A DNA stretch of 64,000 nt from Lingula anatina (Eukaryota; Animalia; Brachiopoda). This document shows, piece by piece, positions 1 through 12,980 of the stretch. The DNA is taken from the NCBI GenBank assembly GCA_051362555.1, contig CM120648.1, positions 4,956,587 through 5,020,586 of the forward strand, read 5' to 3'. Under the pieces are notes generated by a model. The model was given only the letters and a program-made list of their open reading frames with translations, had not been told where the DNA came from and did not search any database. The position numbers were made by a program, and so were the translations under genes. The number at the start of each line of letters is the position of its first letter. Position 1 is the first letter of the stretch.

Positions 1-923
1 CTTAAGTAAAGGAATGCTGTCAGTACACAGCTGGAAACACAAATTTACCACAGAAACACGTATCAAACTAACAATATGTCTTTATCCATGCTCTCAAAAT
101 ATTAAAGCATTGTGAATACTTCGTAGAAAGGTAAAAAAAAAAGTCATGAATAGACGGGCCCGTAGCCAGGGGGTTAGAAAGAACCACCCCTTTTGCTGGG
201 AAAAGGTCCATTCTGGGTAAAATTTGATTTAGATACATGAAGTTTTTATGGAAAATGGTCCACTTTTTCAAAAAAAGACCCCCCCCCCCCCCCTTTTGAA
301 ATTGCTGGCTACGGGCCTGATAGACATGCTGTATATTACCCAATCTATTTAAGGTTATTTCATGCATTTTGTTGGTATAACAATCAATGAAACAAATATC
401 ATACAAACAGCATGTCTTTATTTGTACTCTCAGAATATTAAAGCATTATGAACACTACACAGAAATGTTAAAAAATGATGCAAAGATATGCTTAATACTA
501 CCAATTCTATAATTCTATAATTCATCATTTCGGTCGATGCCATTTGGTCTACTTCGACTCACATGAAGCAGCCAAACTGTCGGGTGGCCTGACCGACCTA
601 CACCCCACCAAATACCTGTTAATGAGGCTTAATTGAGGCTCTTAATGAGCTTTTATTGCACCATTTAAATTTGATATATTTTAGTAAAATATATAAATAT
701 ATATATTCCTTTGGTGTTACCTGGATTTATATTATTATATTCCACGTGCAGAATTTAACAACTTTAAGATAGAACATGGAAATCTCCGTAGCAAAATGAG
801 AGTCTGCAGTATCCAATTTCGGGGGGGGGGGGGGGGGGGGGAGGTGTTTTTTTTTTGTTTTTGGAGAACCGACGAAAATCGGTGCGCGCGCAGGATGTCA
901 TCCATAAAAAAAAAAGTGTGGCC
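1..923. mobile_element. Non-autonomous TIR element, copy 1 (left end outside window; same family as 6411-7394), internally rearranged
   Basis: 1-615 aligns by eye with ~6525-6958. The right TIR AGGATGTCATCCATAAAAA..GTGTGGCC ends at 923 and is followed by TAA. Confidence 0.8.
155..319. mobile_element. MITE with CAGGCCCGTAGCCAG-type TIRs and 5-bp TSD
   Basis: CGGGCCCGTAGCCAG...CTGGCTACGGGCCTG flanked by ATAGA/ATAGA. The homologous site in the 6411-7394 copy is empty. Confidence 0.85.
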
Positions 924-1337
924 TAATATATCATTTCTGCACTGCCTGACCAGGCCCCTGCTTAACCCCTTAGTGCTGAGTGCCAAGCGGGGAGACAGCA
1001 GGTACCGTTTATGAAGAACTGGTATGTCCCCGGACGGGTTTTGAACCTACGTCCTCCCGCTCCGGAGGTGGACACTCTAACCACAAGGCCATCCGGTCGG
1101 TTTATACTTAGTACATAAAAAGCTGAGCTGAAAAAGTAAGGAGGTTGAATTGATGCTCTTAATGAGCTTTTATTGCACCATTTAAATTTGATATATTTTA
1201 GTAAAATATATAAATATATATATTCTCTTGGTGTTACCTGGATTTATATTATTATATTCCACGTGCAGAATTTAACAACTTTAAGATAGAACATGGAAAT
1301 CTCCGTAGCAAAATGAGAGTCTGCAGTATCCAATTTG
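638..1337 (+). repeat. ~185-bp near-identical direct duplication (638-820 and 1155-1337)
   Basis: GCTCTTAATGAGCTTTTATTGCACC...GCAGTATCCAATTT occurs twice, each copy followed by a poly-G run. Confidence 0.9.
955..1100 (-). mobile_element. tRNA-derived SINE (SINE2), partial
   Basis: The minus strand has an A-box-like TGGCCTTGTGGTTAGAG and a B-box-like GGTTCAAAACC, followed by a core ending CTTGGCACTCAGCACTAAGGGG typical of invertebrate SINEs. Confidence 0.7.
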
Positions 1338-1467
1338 GGGGGGGGGGGGTATGATAAACAGGTTATTTATACTGATCTACTCCACACTCTCTGGTTCCTT
1401 TCGCTGTCCTTGCAATCGTTCACCCACGAAGTCTCGTCAAATCGTCCCCCAAACAAATGGTTGTTAA

Positions 1468-1492
1468 GGCGGCCGCCATCTTGTGACGTCCC
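1468..1492. promoter_or_regulatory. Putative promoter motifs (YY1-like GCCGCCATCTTG next to CRE-like TGACGTC)
   Basis: GGCGGCCGCCATCTTGTGACGTCCC in a CpG-richer patch ~250 bp upstream of the BIR ORF. Motif match only. Confidence 0.35.
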
Positions 1493-1729
1493 ACCGACTT
1501 CTAGAATAACGGACATCTCCAAGCTGAGGAGAGCGACCCCCCCCCCCCGTAGCTAGCTCTGCCCACCGTAACAGACATCGGACAATAGAGGGGTTTATGT
1601 GTAATCTCCTTATGTTGTAACGCCTTGAAGCAACCCAGTTATAACCCTTAGTCAAATTTTATAACCTGTAGGGGAATTCACGGAAGTAATTCAAGGAAGC
1701 TGCCTACTTCCTGGGTACTCGCCGCTATC

Positions 1730-2116
1730 ATGTTGGAGAACGAATCAAACCCCCATAACCCTCGTGTCAATTGTGTTGTCACCAACGGGTTGATAGTAGG
1801 CAACAAAGGACTTGAGGACCCTGTGAAGAGATACATGACCTTTGCAAAGTGGTCTTCTCCGTCACCGGAACGCGAGAAGATAACGCGCGACTTAGCCGCT
1901 GCAGGATTTTACTTCGATGAAGACGAAAAGGTGATTAAGTGTCCTTACAGCTGTCAAGGGTCTCCGACAGGGGGACTGGAAACAGAGGAATCGGAGAACG
2001 CTTTACAGATGCACCAGCGTCTGTTCCCGCAGTGTTCCTACGTTGCAGAGTGTCAGAGGAAGCCGTCCATTTATTCCGATGCAAAGTCCGTGCTCGGAGA
2101 TCAAGACTCGGCTTGA
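1730..2116 (+). CDS. Single divergent BIR-domain protein (IAP family), or truncated IAP
   Basis: RYMTFAKW...LAAAGFYF...IKCPYSC...H-QRLFPQ-C gives a BIR signature. There is an acceptor-like TTTTATAACCTGTAG at 1670. The ORF stops at 2116, before a donor-like GTAACT at ~2148. Confidence 0.7.
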   Translation: MLENESNPHNPRVNCVVTNGLIVGNKGLEDPVKRYMTFAKWSSPSPEREKITRDLAAAGFYFDEDEKVIKCPYSCQGSPTGGLETEESENALQMHQRLFPQCSYVAECQRKPSIYSDAKSVLGDQDSA

Positions 2117-2543
2117 CTCGCTGCAGTGAACATGACATGCCGCAACGGTAACTTGCAAGGTTAACTTGTAAGGTGCGTAGTAGGTGTTCTGGCACCTTTG
2201 TTATCAATTCTCTAATGAATTTACTCACAGATTGGTACTCGGAGGACGTATGTAAGCGAAAGTCCATTTAGTTTGCTGCTAGCGCTGTATTTGTTGTCCT
2301 ATATTTGTTTCCTATTACTATGAAATTATTCCTAGAGACACGTGCACATGCGTGAAATGAAATTGTTAATTGAAACAGCAAATTGATTAAGGTATACAAT
2401 GGAGGTTTTTCATGGCCCTTGATAACCATGCTATACATGCACATATCTTGTATTTGCATAAAGCGTGTTACAAGAAAATAAATGAAATTATTGAGAAATG
2501 TGTAAGGTTCCGCCCTTCCCTCAAATATCCGATTAAACAATCA

Positions 2544-2873
2544 TAGGGATAACAACTGTTTGTAAGATATCCATATTTCACAATAGATACATTGCAAAAC
2601 AACTCATAGAAATATAATAAATTCTATTTTACCACCAAAATGGCGGTTAACGCAATTATTCTGGAATTTGTGCTTGCCATCACGTCACGTGACCTCTATA
2701 GATGGCTACACTCTGGAATAATTTCTGAAGAAAAAACTTTTTAGAAAAAAAACAGGGACTACATGTAACTCTGAATGTGGGAATGGATTTATTAACCTAT
2801 GGTAAGTATGGAAAAATTGTCCTTTACCCCAGAAAAATCCATGTTTGGGCTAGAATGAACAGTTGTTATCCCT
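2544..2873. mobile_element. Short TIR element (AGGGATAACAACTGTT ends)
   Basis: TAGGGATAACAACTGTT at 2544 and AACAGTTGTTATCCCTG at ~2858-2874. The same terminus recurs at ~56855-56872. No clear TSD. Confidence 0.5.
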
Positions 2874-3836
2874 GTAAGTTCGCAGTTATCTGTATTTTAA
2901 AGTTATTATATCCTCTTTATACTAGCTATAGAGATCCTTATTGCACAAGTATTATAACTTTAACAACATAAGGTTTAAAGCAGATATTTTCCATTTTCAG
3001 ATACATTTTGATAGACCTTTGAGAGCATGCAAGCAGACTAGATGAAGAATACAGGGATGTTCAGAAAATGTTTATGACGAAATCTCGCAAGTTTTACCAT
3101 TATTTTGAGAGGACGCAGATTCACAGACTCGATATACCAATTTAATTTAAGTTACTAAGCGTTGTGACTTTTAAGCAACAGTACGTGGCATATGTGTACC
3201 CTCTACCAGGGCAACAGTTTGAGTTTCCACAGATATTCACAGATACATGGCCAGAAATGCGCAGCATTCACGCGATACGCGAGGGCGCAAAAGTAGGGCT
3301 TCACGTGACTCAACTAGCCAATCACAGCACAACAATGGCATCGCACACATACTCTGTGATAAGTGCTCAGCCCATTGTCAAGTAGTGTTAGTTCATGGTA
3401 ACAAGCGTCTGACATGTGCAGAGAAGTTTATTATAAAATATATTGTTCTTATTGTTACATTATTAAATCTAACTCTGTATCCAAGTAGTAACTATACTGT
3501 ACCAAGTCAGGTACTGATGCAGTGTTTTATTTACAATTTGGAACTAGAGAGTCAGATGACTCGCTGACACTGCAGATTACGAGTCATTTTTTATTTTCAG
3601 GAGTCAAAATTTTCCTGCCTTTTTGGAATGGGTAATTTTAACTAGTAATGATGCGTACAACCATATATTATGTAAATAGGTTGTATATGAATTGAGGTTG
3701 TTTATTTGTAATTGTTATATCCCAGACTAAAAGTATAGAATTCTATCTACAGGAACTGAAGAATACAAAAAAAAAAAAAAAAAAAAAAAACAGCTTTTGT
3801 ATAAGTGTATTCAACATATGACAATAAACACACTAA

Positions 3837-3991
3837 GGAGGCGTCTCGATAGTCCGAAGGTTCATTGGTCCGAAGGTTCATGTCCGAAAAATGGTACCAT
3901 TTTCATCGAATTTTAATCAAGGGTTCATTGGTCCGAAGGTTCTATAGTGAACATTCGGACCAATGAACCTTCGGACTATCGCTACGGCCCC
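3837..3991. mobile_element. MITE with 8-bp TSD and GGTCCGAAGGTTCAT subterminal repeats
   Basis: CGATAGTCCGAAGGTTCATTGGTCCGAA pairs with TTCGGACCAATGAACCTTCGGACTATCG. CACACTAA is duplicated at 3829-3836 and 3992-3999. Confidence 0.85.
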
Positions 3992-6410
3992 CACACTAAT
4001 AGTCATACAACTTCAAAATGATATGGACAAAAGTATGCATTTTTATTTTTTTTTTTCTAACAAAAACCGTTAAAACAAAGGATTATTAACATGATTAAAC
4101 CTAAAGGTAGATATATGAACAAAAAATCACCAAGATAAACAATAAATTAAAATTGATATGGATAAACTGTGTTGACTAGTATGTAAAAAATTTTCAAATA
4201 TTATATGGACATAAATGGAAAACAATTTATATAGGAAGGAATAAGATTGTCAAACACAAAAAAGTAGATAAATGAAGACAAGGAATTTCAATAGATAATT
4301 ACTATGGCAATAACAAATTATATTCCAATCTGGAAAAATTATGTTTTGACTATTAAACATAAAAACACAATACTAGACATTTCACCTGTGATTTTATACA
4401 TGTAGTGTAACATATTTTAACCATTTAGAGTAATCTCTGTCACCAGTTTGCGGACTAAACTGTTTTTTATGTCAAACCAATTACATTTGGATCTTAAAAC
4501 ACAATAAAATATTTAAATTGAATTTAAAAACCCGTATTGTGCCTATAGCAGCATTGTACTAGTAGTGTACTATCGGTGGCAAGTTGACATACTTTTTTGC
4601 AACACAACAACGATCGGAAATAGGCCTACTAGTACATGTAGGTTTTTAATCGGCAATATAACAACAATTTTGAAAGTAATTAGTTGTGTCTGTCATACAT
4701 TAGGGTCAAATGACGCACTAGATCATATTTTTTTGCGTCAATTTTAGGATTCATGCGTTTTTTACGCATGACGCAGAGGTAAATAAAACACTGCTGATGA
4801 TGTGCAGAGGTCATATATTCCAGAATAAGCCATTACCACTGATTTATAACTTTTATTTTTGTTTAATATGTTATTCATGAAATACTTCATGAAAGATTAT
4901 TTTAATTTGTTAAATCGTGATCTTATTCTTTTTATATTCAAATAATTGAATAATGTGGGTAAAATTGGTCTTCCACTTCTTATTTGCATTTTTCCTTTAC
5001 TACAAGATTATTTTGGAACAGTTGCAGCATTAAAAATTAAAATAAATAGCAATCTGAAAGAAGAATTTTGCATAATTATTAAATGATGATAGGAATTTTG
5101 GATTAAGAGATTAGTTAAATACTGAGTAGTGATATTGTCAGTCAATTTATGTAGAATCTGATAATATGATTGAAAATACTGATTGAATTCATGGCCTTGC
5201 ACTGGGCAGTTTTATATTTGTGCTAAGTACTTTTTTTGGACTCCATTGTACAGTGGTAAAGGTTCTTCAATTGCCATGAAAGTTTTTAATCAGACTCTGT
5301 ATGGTGCTGCTATCTGCTGGTGCTATCGGCAACGAATTAATTTGCCTTTGTTTCTGAGTGAAACTACCGTCTAAAATCACTATTACTGAAAATATTTGCG
5401 TTTTGCTGAGGGTAGGCTAGGCAATACACGGCAAACTTCTTAGTGCGTGTGTACAACAGAATTTTTTAAAAAAACCCTAGCGATATTTGGTCAGGAGTTG
5501 CTTCAAGCATAGCACAGCGTTGCTGTCTATCGGCATCAGGCCGTTAGTTTGTCAATTATCACGAATTATATGGAACGCCATTCACGCAAAAAATACACCA
5601 CGCAATTTAAGAGTGTATTTTTTTTCAAAAGTGTATTTTTTTCTAACAATGTAGTCGGATCATTTAATAATGTAGTCCCGTAATCTTATAATGTAGTACC
5701 ACTCGTCAAAAGTGTAACGTCGCGCCAAAAGTTTAATCCCGCAAGAATAGTAATGACATCATTAGACACCAGATGGCGCAGCGATCTGTTGTTGTATTAT
5801 CTGTTGGCAATCTTGGAAAAGCGCCACCTATCGTGAGGTCCGCAACTCATTGCGGAGAATTCAGTATCCATGATCAGCAAATCTGAGAGCCACGTGCGGT
5901 TTGAGACAGACCTGGGCGGACAATTTACGGTTTTACCTGCCACTATTTCCTTAGGACTCAATATACTCAACCTTTGTAGCTGGTATCCAGCAGCTGAGAG
6001 TAAGAATCCTCACGATAGGTGGCGCAATCTAGCAACTCATTAAAAATGCACGCATGCGCAGTGGGCTAGGCGTGACGTCATGCAGTGCATTTCTGGGGAT
6101 GTGTCTATAGATAAATAGACAGTCATTTTGGCTCTCAGCAAAAAATGTCCACAATAAAAACCGGTCCTGGTAGAGGGTAGCATATGAGTATGTACGGTAC
6201 GTGGTTTTAAGTTCACGCCCATCACTCAATCAAATAGTATATAGAGCAACAACGAAAGAAGATTTAGTAACAAGAAAAATCACCTTTGCATTGTTAATGT
6301 ATAGGCCTACTAAACCCCTCCATAATGCATGCATGTATGAAGAAGTTGTTTTATAGAAATAATAAAACAGCATATTTAACCGGACCCTGGACTAATGTTA
6401 ATTCAAATAA

Positions 6411-7394
6411 GGCCACACTTTTTTATTTTTATGGATGACATCCTCTGGGTACCCCAAAATCGGTGCGAGAGGGCGAAAAAAAAAACAGTCCAAAAAAATA
6501 ATAAAAATACTGCATACTGCATGGTAAAGGAATGCTGTCAGTACACAGCTGGAAACAAAAATTTTACCACAGAAACACGAATCAAACTAACAATATGTCT
6601 TTATCCATGCTCTCAAAATATTAAAGCATTGCGAATACTTCGTAGAAATGTAAAAAAAAAGTCATAAATATATATACTTCATATTACCAAATCTATTCAA
6701 GATTATTTCATGCATTTTGTTGGTATAGCAATTAATAAAACAAATATCAAACAAACAGTGTGTCTTTATTTGTATTCTCAGAATATTAAAGCACTTTGAA
6801 CACTTCACAGAAATGTTTAAAAAATGATGCAAAGATATGCTTAATACTACCAAATCTATTAAAGGTCATTTCGGACGATGCCATTTTGTCTACCTCGACT
6901 CACACGCAGCAGCCAAACTGTCGGGTGGCCTGTCCGACCTTCAGCCCACCAAATACCTCGACGCCCTTGTCGACCCTTTTTTCGCTACAGAAAGCCTGGT
7001 ATGTGCTGCTTTGTACAGAATGTCACAGAAATTTTTCGGGCGATAATCGCTGGCTGCCGCCAGCCTTTCGCATAATTGTAAAAAGGTGATATCTCCATGC
7101 CCAATATCAATGGCATACCAATCCAAAACGACGGCGCCCATTCTCTTTATGACTTTTATTGTAGTGTAATTTGAAGGTAATCCTAGAGATGAATTTGACG
7201 GCAAAGCTGCCACATTTCCACGTGGCGATAATACGCATGCTCAGAAAGCTCATTTCCTGGCAAATTCAATAACGACGTTTGCGACAACCGACTTCGGGGG
7301 CTGGGGGGGGGAATTTTTTTTTTTTTTTTCCGGAGAACGGCCGAAAATCGGTGCGCGCGCAGGATGTCATCCATAAAAATAAAAAAGTGTGGCC
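6411..7394. mobile_element. Complete non-autonomous TIR element with TAA TSD (PIF/Harbinger- or Zator-like)
   Basis: TAA|GGCCACACTTTTTTATTTTTATGGATGACATCCT ... AGGATGTCATCCATAAAAATAAAAAAGTGTGGCC|TAA. Confidence 0.8.
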
Positions 7395-7619
7395 TAATTA
7401 CCATCATCAACAACAAAAAGGCAATAATTTTCAGAACAAAATAAAACATTGTCGAACAGATATAATAGATAAGGTGACAAATTTGCATTTGTAAAACAAA
7501 TATTAAATATTAAAAAATAAACGTTAATAAGTGCTTAAACAGCCGTGGCCAATACAAATGTAATATCTTACCTACCAGACGCGCAGATATAAGAGGTCAT
7601 TTTACTGGCGATAGCAAAA

Positions 7620-8184
7620 AGTTATTTACGGATCTCCCCCTTCTCTCTCTCTCTCTCTCTGATCTTTCAATGGATTATCTGATATCATAGGTAATTATTT
7701 TTATCCATTTCTTTATAAGATTAGATCTTAACAAATTAAAAAAAGTAACAAAGAAATGCAGTGGAATATGTAACAGATATGTCAAAATGTGGATAAAAAG
7801 AAAATAACAATAATATTAACGTAAAAGATTTTCTGTCCCGATTTGCTGTTTTCTCCCAAATGTAACTGATATCACATGATAGAGATGTCATTAGAGAAAG
7901 CGCACGCAGAAGTTGAAAGGCATTAAAGCTCCCCCCTCTTGCTTCTTCACACATCTCTCTTTCTCTTTCACTCTCTCTCTCTCTCTCTCTCAATATTTTT
8001 ACAAGTCGTTGTAAAAGAAGAAAAAAAGAAAGTATTAAAGATATTAACGTAAAAGATTTACCGGCCGGATTTGCTGTGTTCTCCAAAATGTAACTGATAC
8101 CACATGAGTGGAGAAGTCATTACAGAAAGCGAACGTAGGAGTTGAAAGGCATTCAACCCCTCCTCCCTCATGCTTCTTCACACA

Positions 8185-8222
<38 letters not shown>

Positions 8223-8735
8223 TGGACTATCTGATATTATACGACACTTATTTATACAATTTAATTGATGTTATCTTAAGCTATAATACAAGGTACATAA
8301 GCATTTCATCAAATTTAACCAAGATTTAACAGGTTCAACAATAAAAAAAAATTAGCTTCACATAAGCATTTAAGGACTTTAAAACCTACTTTTGCTTTGC
8401 ATAGTCATCCACACCCATTTTAAAAATAAATATATAAAACTGCAATACACATTTTACTCAAATCAAATCAAAGCAATATTTAGTGCACATTAAAAGACAC
8501 CAGATTTTATCTTTCACAAAGGTTATGCATTAAAAAAATCAGATGCAAGTAAAGGAAAATGTGACATAGGGCCTACAATAATTAATGGATTTTTTTATGA
8601 AAAACCTTATTGAAAGAAATCAGTGAGGTGAATCTCTCCATTTGCCGTTTTCTCCCAAATGTAACTGATATCACATGAAGGAGTTGTCATTAGAGAAAGC
8701 GAACGCAGATGTTTCACACATCTCTCTCTCTCTCC

Positions 8736-8773
<38 letters not shown>

Positions 8774-9668
8774 CTTTCTCTCTCTGATCTTTCAATAGGT
8801 TTTCATCTTTAATTCCGTAATTTAGCTTTTTCCTTTCAATACAAGATAACATATTTGTTAAAGAAAATAAAAGTTGTGTTGGACATTTAACGGATACACT
8901 GTATGACTAGGGGACATTTTTTTACAAATCATTGTAATGACTTCTCCACTCATGCGGTATCAGTTACATTTGGGAGAAAACGGCAAATCGGGACAGTGAA
9001 TCTTTAATTTTAATATTTTTGTCACTTTTTCCACATTTTACAATAATTTATAAAATAAATAACTGTCTCCTAGACAAACAGTGTATCTGTGAAATGTCCC
9101 ACATATTTTATTTTCCGTTTTAAAATGTAGAATCTTGTATAGAAATTTACAAAAATTAAGTAAAGGAATTAAAGCAGAAAACATATTGAAAGATCAGAGA
9201 AAAAGTATGTGTGTGTGTGTGAGAGAGAGAGAGAGGGACGTGGGAAGAAGCAAGAAGGGGGGGGGCTTGAATGCCTTTCAGCTCCTGCGTTCGCTTTCTG
9301 TAATGACTTCTCCACTCACGTGGTTTCAGCTACATCTGGGAGAAAACGGCAAATCAGGACAGTATATCTTTTACGTTAATATTATTGTTACTTTCTTTAT
9401 TCCACATTTTACAATAATTTGCAAAAAAAAATTCTTCTAGGAGTACAGTGTATCATTTAAATGTCCCATACAGTGTATCTGTTAAATTTTCTTTAAAAAA
9501 TATGTTATCTTGTAGAGAAAGGAAAAAAATAAATTAAGGAATTAAAGCAGAAAACCTTTCAGAGATCAGAGAGAGAAAGTGTTAAGAAAGAGAGAAAGAG
9601 AACTGTGTGAAGAAGCAGGAAGGGGGGGGGCTTAAATGACTTTCAACTCCTGTGTTCGCTTTCTGTAA
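7620..9668. repeat. Foldback-like array: three forward and three inverted copies of a ~150-300-bp module with (CT)n/(CA)n tracts
   Basis: TTCTCCCAAATGTAACTGATA..GAAAGCGAACG at ~7850, ~8080 and ~8650. Reverse-complement copies (some partial) at ~8935, ~9290 and ~9640. Confidence 0.75.
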
Positions 9669-9670
9669 TT

Positions 9671-10210
9671 CCCCCGTCACACTTATTCGGAATCAGCAGG
9701 AATGAAGAAAAATGAGCCCGAACGAAGAATTTTTAAAATTCGAACCACATTCGGGGGAAAATTTTCAAATTGACCTTAATTATTGTAAGAGTACCGTTGG
9801 AATACTCAGAATGCGCTTGAGTTCGCCTGGAATGATGAGTGCATTTTCGACTGTGTAGCTCTCAAAAGCAGTTCGAATGTAGTTGGAAAACTAGGAATAT
9901 TTATAATGCTGTAAGAAGGCAGTAAGAATATTTAGAATATACTTTGAACGGCGCATTAGTGTAGTTCGATTGCTGGCAAAATTAATATTTCAGCTCACAT
10001 TAAAAACATTCTGGCGGAGTATAAAATCCCCGTCACACTAGAGGCGGAATGATTAAGAATGGCGTCGGAAATACAATTAATTCTTTGTGCATTCCAGGAT
10101 ATTCGAATAGCATTCTAAAAACATTCTAAAAATTCTGAGTGCATTCCAAATATTTTTACCCATTCTTGTGGCCGGCTCGAATGTTTTTGTCATGTCAAAA
10201 ACTTTCGAAG
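9671..10210. mobile_element. Decayed Harbinger-like MITE fragments (CCCCGTCACAC ends, GAATG/CATTC-rich)
   Basis: CCCCGTCACACT at ~9672 and ~10028, with repeated GAATG/CATTC words. Confidence 0.4.
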
Positions 10211-12699
10211 TGCACCGAAAAGCACAATGTCCTCTATATTCTACTGCTGCGCCATCTATTAACAACTGTCCTGTTTTGCCCGTGTCCTGATTTGCCGTTT
10301 CTGACCTGGATTGCCGGTTTCTCCTAAAGCGAGGCAGCATCATATGATTATTTTTGCCGCGTGCCATGGCAGCGCTCTCCACAGCAGTAGAGTACGCCAT
10401 AGGTAAAAGTGGGAGACCGAAATACAGCATTTAACTGTAGGATTTTACGTAAAATATTTCAGACAGTGAACCAGCTGTTGACAGTAGTGGTGCAAGTGAT
10501 GTTTAAAGTGGACATTTGCTCTCAATAAAAAATATATCATATTTAACCATGACATTCATAGTTATTCATAACAATTTAAACTTAAAGTTTGATATTTGAA
10601 TTCCAATTTTATCAGTCTATTCTTTTTAATATCTTGATTTCATTTATAAAATCATTAATTTGTAAAGTTCGCTGTGCACAATTTATGGCTTTTAGACTTT
10701 ATATTATTATTATTTTTATTTATTGATGCTGATACTCGAGTGTAAATAGACACAATTAGTTCTGTTTATGCAATTTGTGTGTTTATGAAATACCTTTTTG
10801 TTGTTTATAGAATCTGTCACTTTGTAAATCTAACACCATAGCACTACAAAAGATAGAATATTAAGAATGTTATTAATCTTAATCAAAGATGTGCAACTCA
10901 TTCATCCAAAAAGTAATTGTTGACCACCAAGGAAAGGTGAAGGAAAAGCTGAAATTGTACACTTTCCAGAATACATGGTCTTGAAGTGAGAACAGTTTGG
11001 GGGAAATTTCATGCACTATTGACTAAGCTGTGTGTTTATGACCCCCCCCCCCAAAAAAAAAGTAAAAATTAGTGTTTTGATGACAATTTTTTTCAATATT
11101 TGTAGATGGCTAATTTCATACTTTTACTTTGATTCAAATTGTGTAAGAATTGGGAAAGTTTAGGTATGTTTGCTTTCTGGCACTGACAATGTAGTTGCAA
11201 TTTTTATGTTTGAATCAATCTTTTAGCAAAGGTATTTTGTATATTAAGTTTACTCCTACCCCCTTTATATTGCGTGCTATGCTGAAATGGTTTTGTAAAG
11301 TTTGCAACATTGTATGCCTTTTTTTTTTTTTTTTTTTTGGATACGAAGATGGGGACCACCAGATTGTCCATATTTCATATTTGTATATGTCCCAGCAAAT
11401 ATCACGCCACATAAAAAATAGTATTGTACTGGCAATTTTACTGTCTGTAGTACGGCATTATGACACCCCTAGCCTTGTAATACATGTAAGTATACAGATT
11501 AATGGTAAATAGGACATTTTTTCCCCAAAATTCCCATTTATAGAAAAATTTAAGGCATTTGACCTTTAAATAAAGGTCAAAGGTCAAATCCAAGGGCATA
11601 ATTTAAATTCCACATATGACTTTGGGTCAACCATCTGTAGAAAATTTCCCATAATTCCTTCGATTTAGAAGATATTTAGCATTTAATTTTGCAAAGGATG
11701 AGTGCAGATAACCATTGATTAAGTGCCCTTCGTCAAAAATTTTTAATAATTTGCCATTATAAAGTTTATGCATATTTTCTGTTGTGTGAAAAATATTATT
11801 TGGTTTGAGGCATGGTGACTTAGTATTTTTAATGAGTTATATGTTGGGGGGGGGGGGCAGCCAGTTTACCTGTTGTATACAGTCTAATGAATCAGACAAC
11901 TTGTTTCAGTATATATGTTACATTAATAATTTTTTGTAATGAAACTTGTCTTGTGGTGTAAAAAAGAGTTATATGTTAAATAATTGTGGTGTGGCACAAG
12001 TAAATGGGAAAGTAATTGTTGTAGTTTTTTTTAATCCTAGAGAAGAGAGGTAGGGGTGGTGAATTACGGTATTTTCTCACAGAAGCCGTCACTGATTTCA
12101 CTTAACTGTATAAAAGTCTCGTAACTAGAAAAACTTGTTTCAGCGTATTTATTAATTTTATATAACTTTTCTCGCAGAGCAGCATTTGTTGGTCTAAATA
12201 ATTGTATTGTTAGCCAATACACATTTTGTACAAGGCTCTAAGGAACAGTAATAAATGCTAAAAGCAAAAGGCTGTTACAGTAACAACAAAAAATCATTTG
12301 TATAAGCACTCTAACCAGCTATTTGGAATGTTTCCATTAACCACAAAATAAACAAGGTGTAAATTGTAACAAAATAATAAGGTAAAAGTAAAAACTAAAG
12401 GAAAATGTAGTACACATTATAACAGTTATGGCCAATAATCTGTATGACAATGAAATTAAATCACCTTTAAAGTACTTCATATATGATTATATAAAGACCT
12501 TGTATAGAATGCAATGCAAGAGTTATTTTATACAAAATATATAAATATGAGAATAAAAACTGCATAAGTAACAATAGATAATCAATCAGATGTGCTGTCT
12601 GAAACACTTTCTGTCTCGCTAATACTGTCACCACTTGATGTTGGTAAATGTGAGGCATCCAAACAGCCTTCACCACAACATAATTTTCGATTGTATACC

Positions 12700-12980
12700 T
12701 GCCTCATGGCAAACCCCATATACCACAGGACTGAAGTGATATGTGCACAACTTCCAACTGTCTTGGAACCTTCTTTACACTGACAGTACCAGCCACTGAT
12801 GGGTCTAGTTTTGCTGTGAGAGGTCTGAATCCATAATGTGTACTGGTGGCTAGATGTGTGTCTTAATTAACTATTTTGGCTCTGATTAAATCGGGTGCAT
12901 CCTTGCATATACTAATTTCAAACTGGCCATCTGGCAGATGCTCATCAGTATATTGGCTAGCTTGCTTTATCTGGTAAACT
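12700..12980 (-). pseudogene. C-terminal SWIM-zinc-finger region of a DDE_Tnp_4 (Harbinger/ISL2EU-like) transposase, frameshifted
   Basis: Manual translation gives VYQIKQASQYTDEHLPDGQFEISICKDAPDLIRAKI / RHTSSHQYTLWI..ISGWYCQCKEGSKTVGSCAHITSVLWYMGFA (CxC...CxH SWIM motif). Confidence 0.7.

Noticed and set aside
1020-1100. tRNA-like sequence on the minus strand
   Set aside because: It continues into a SINE core and lacks a convincing cloverleaf.
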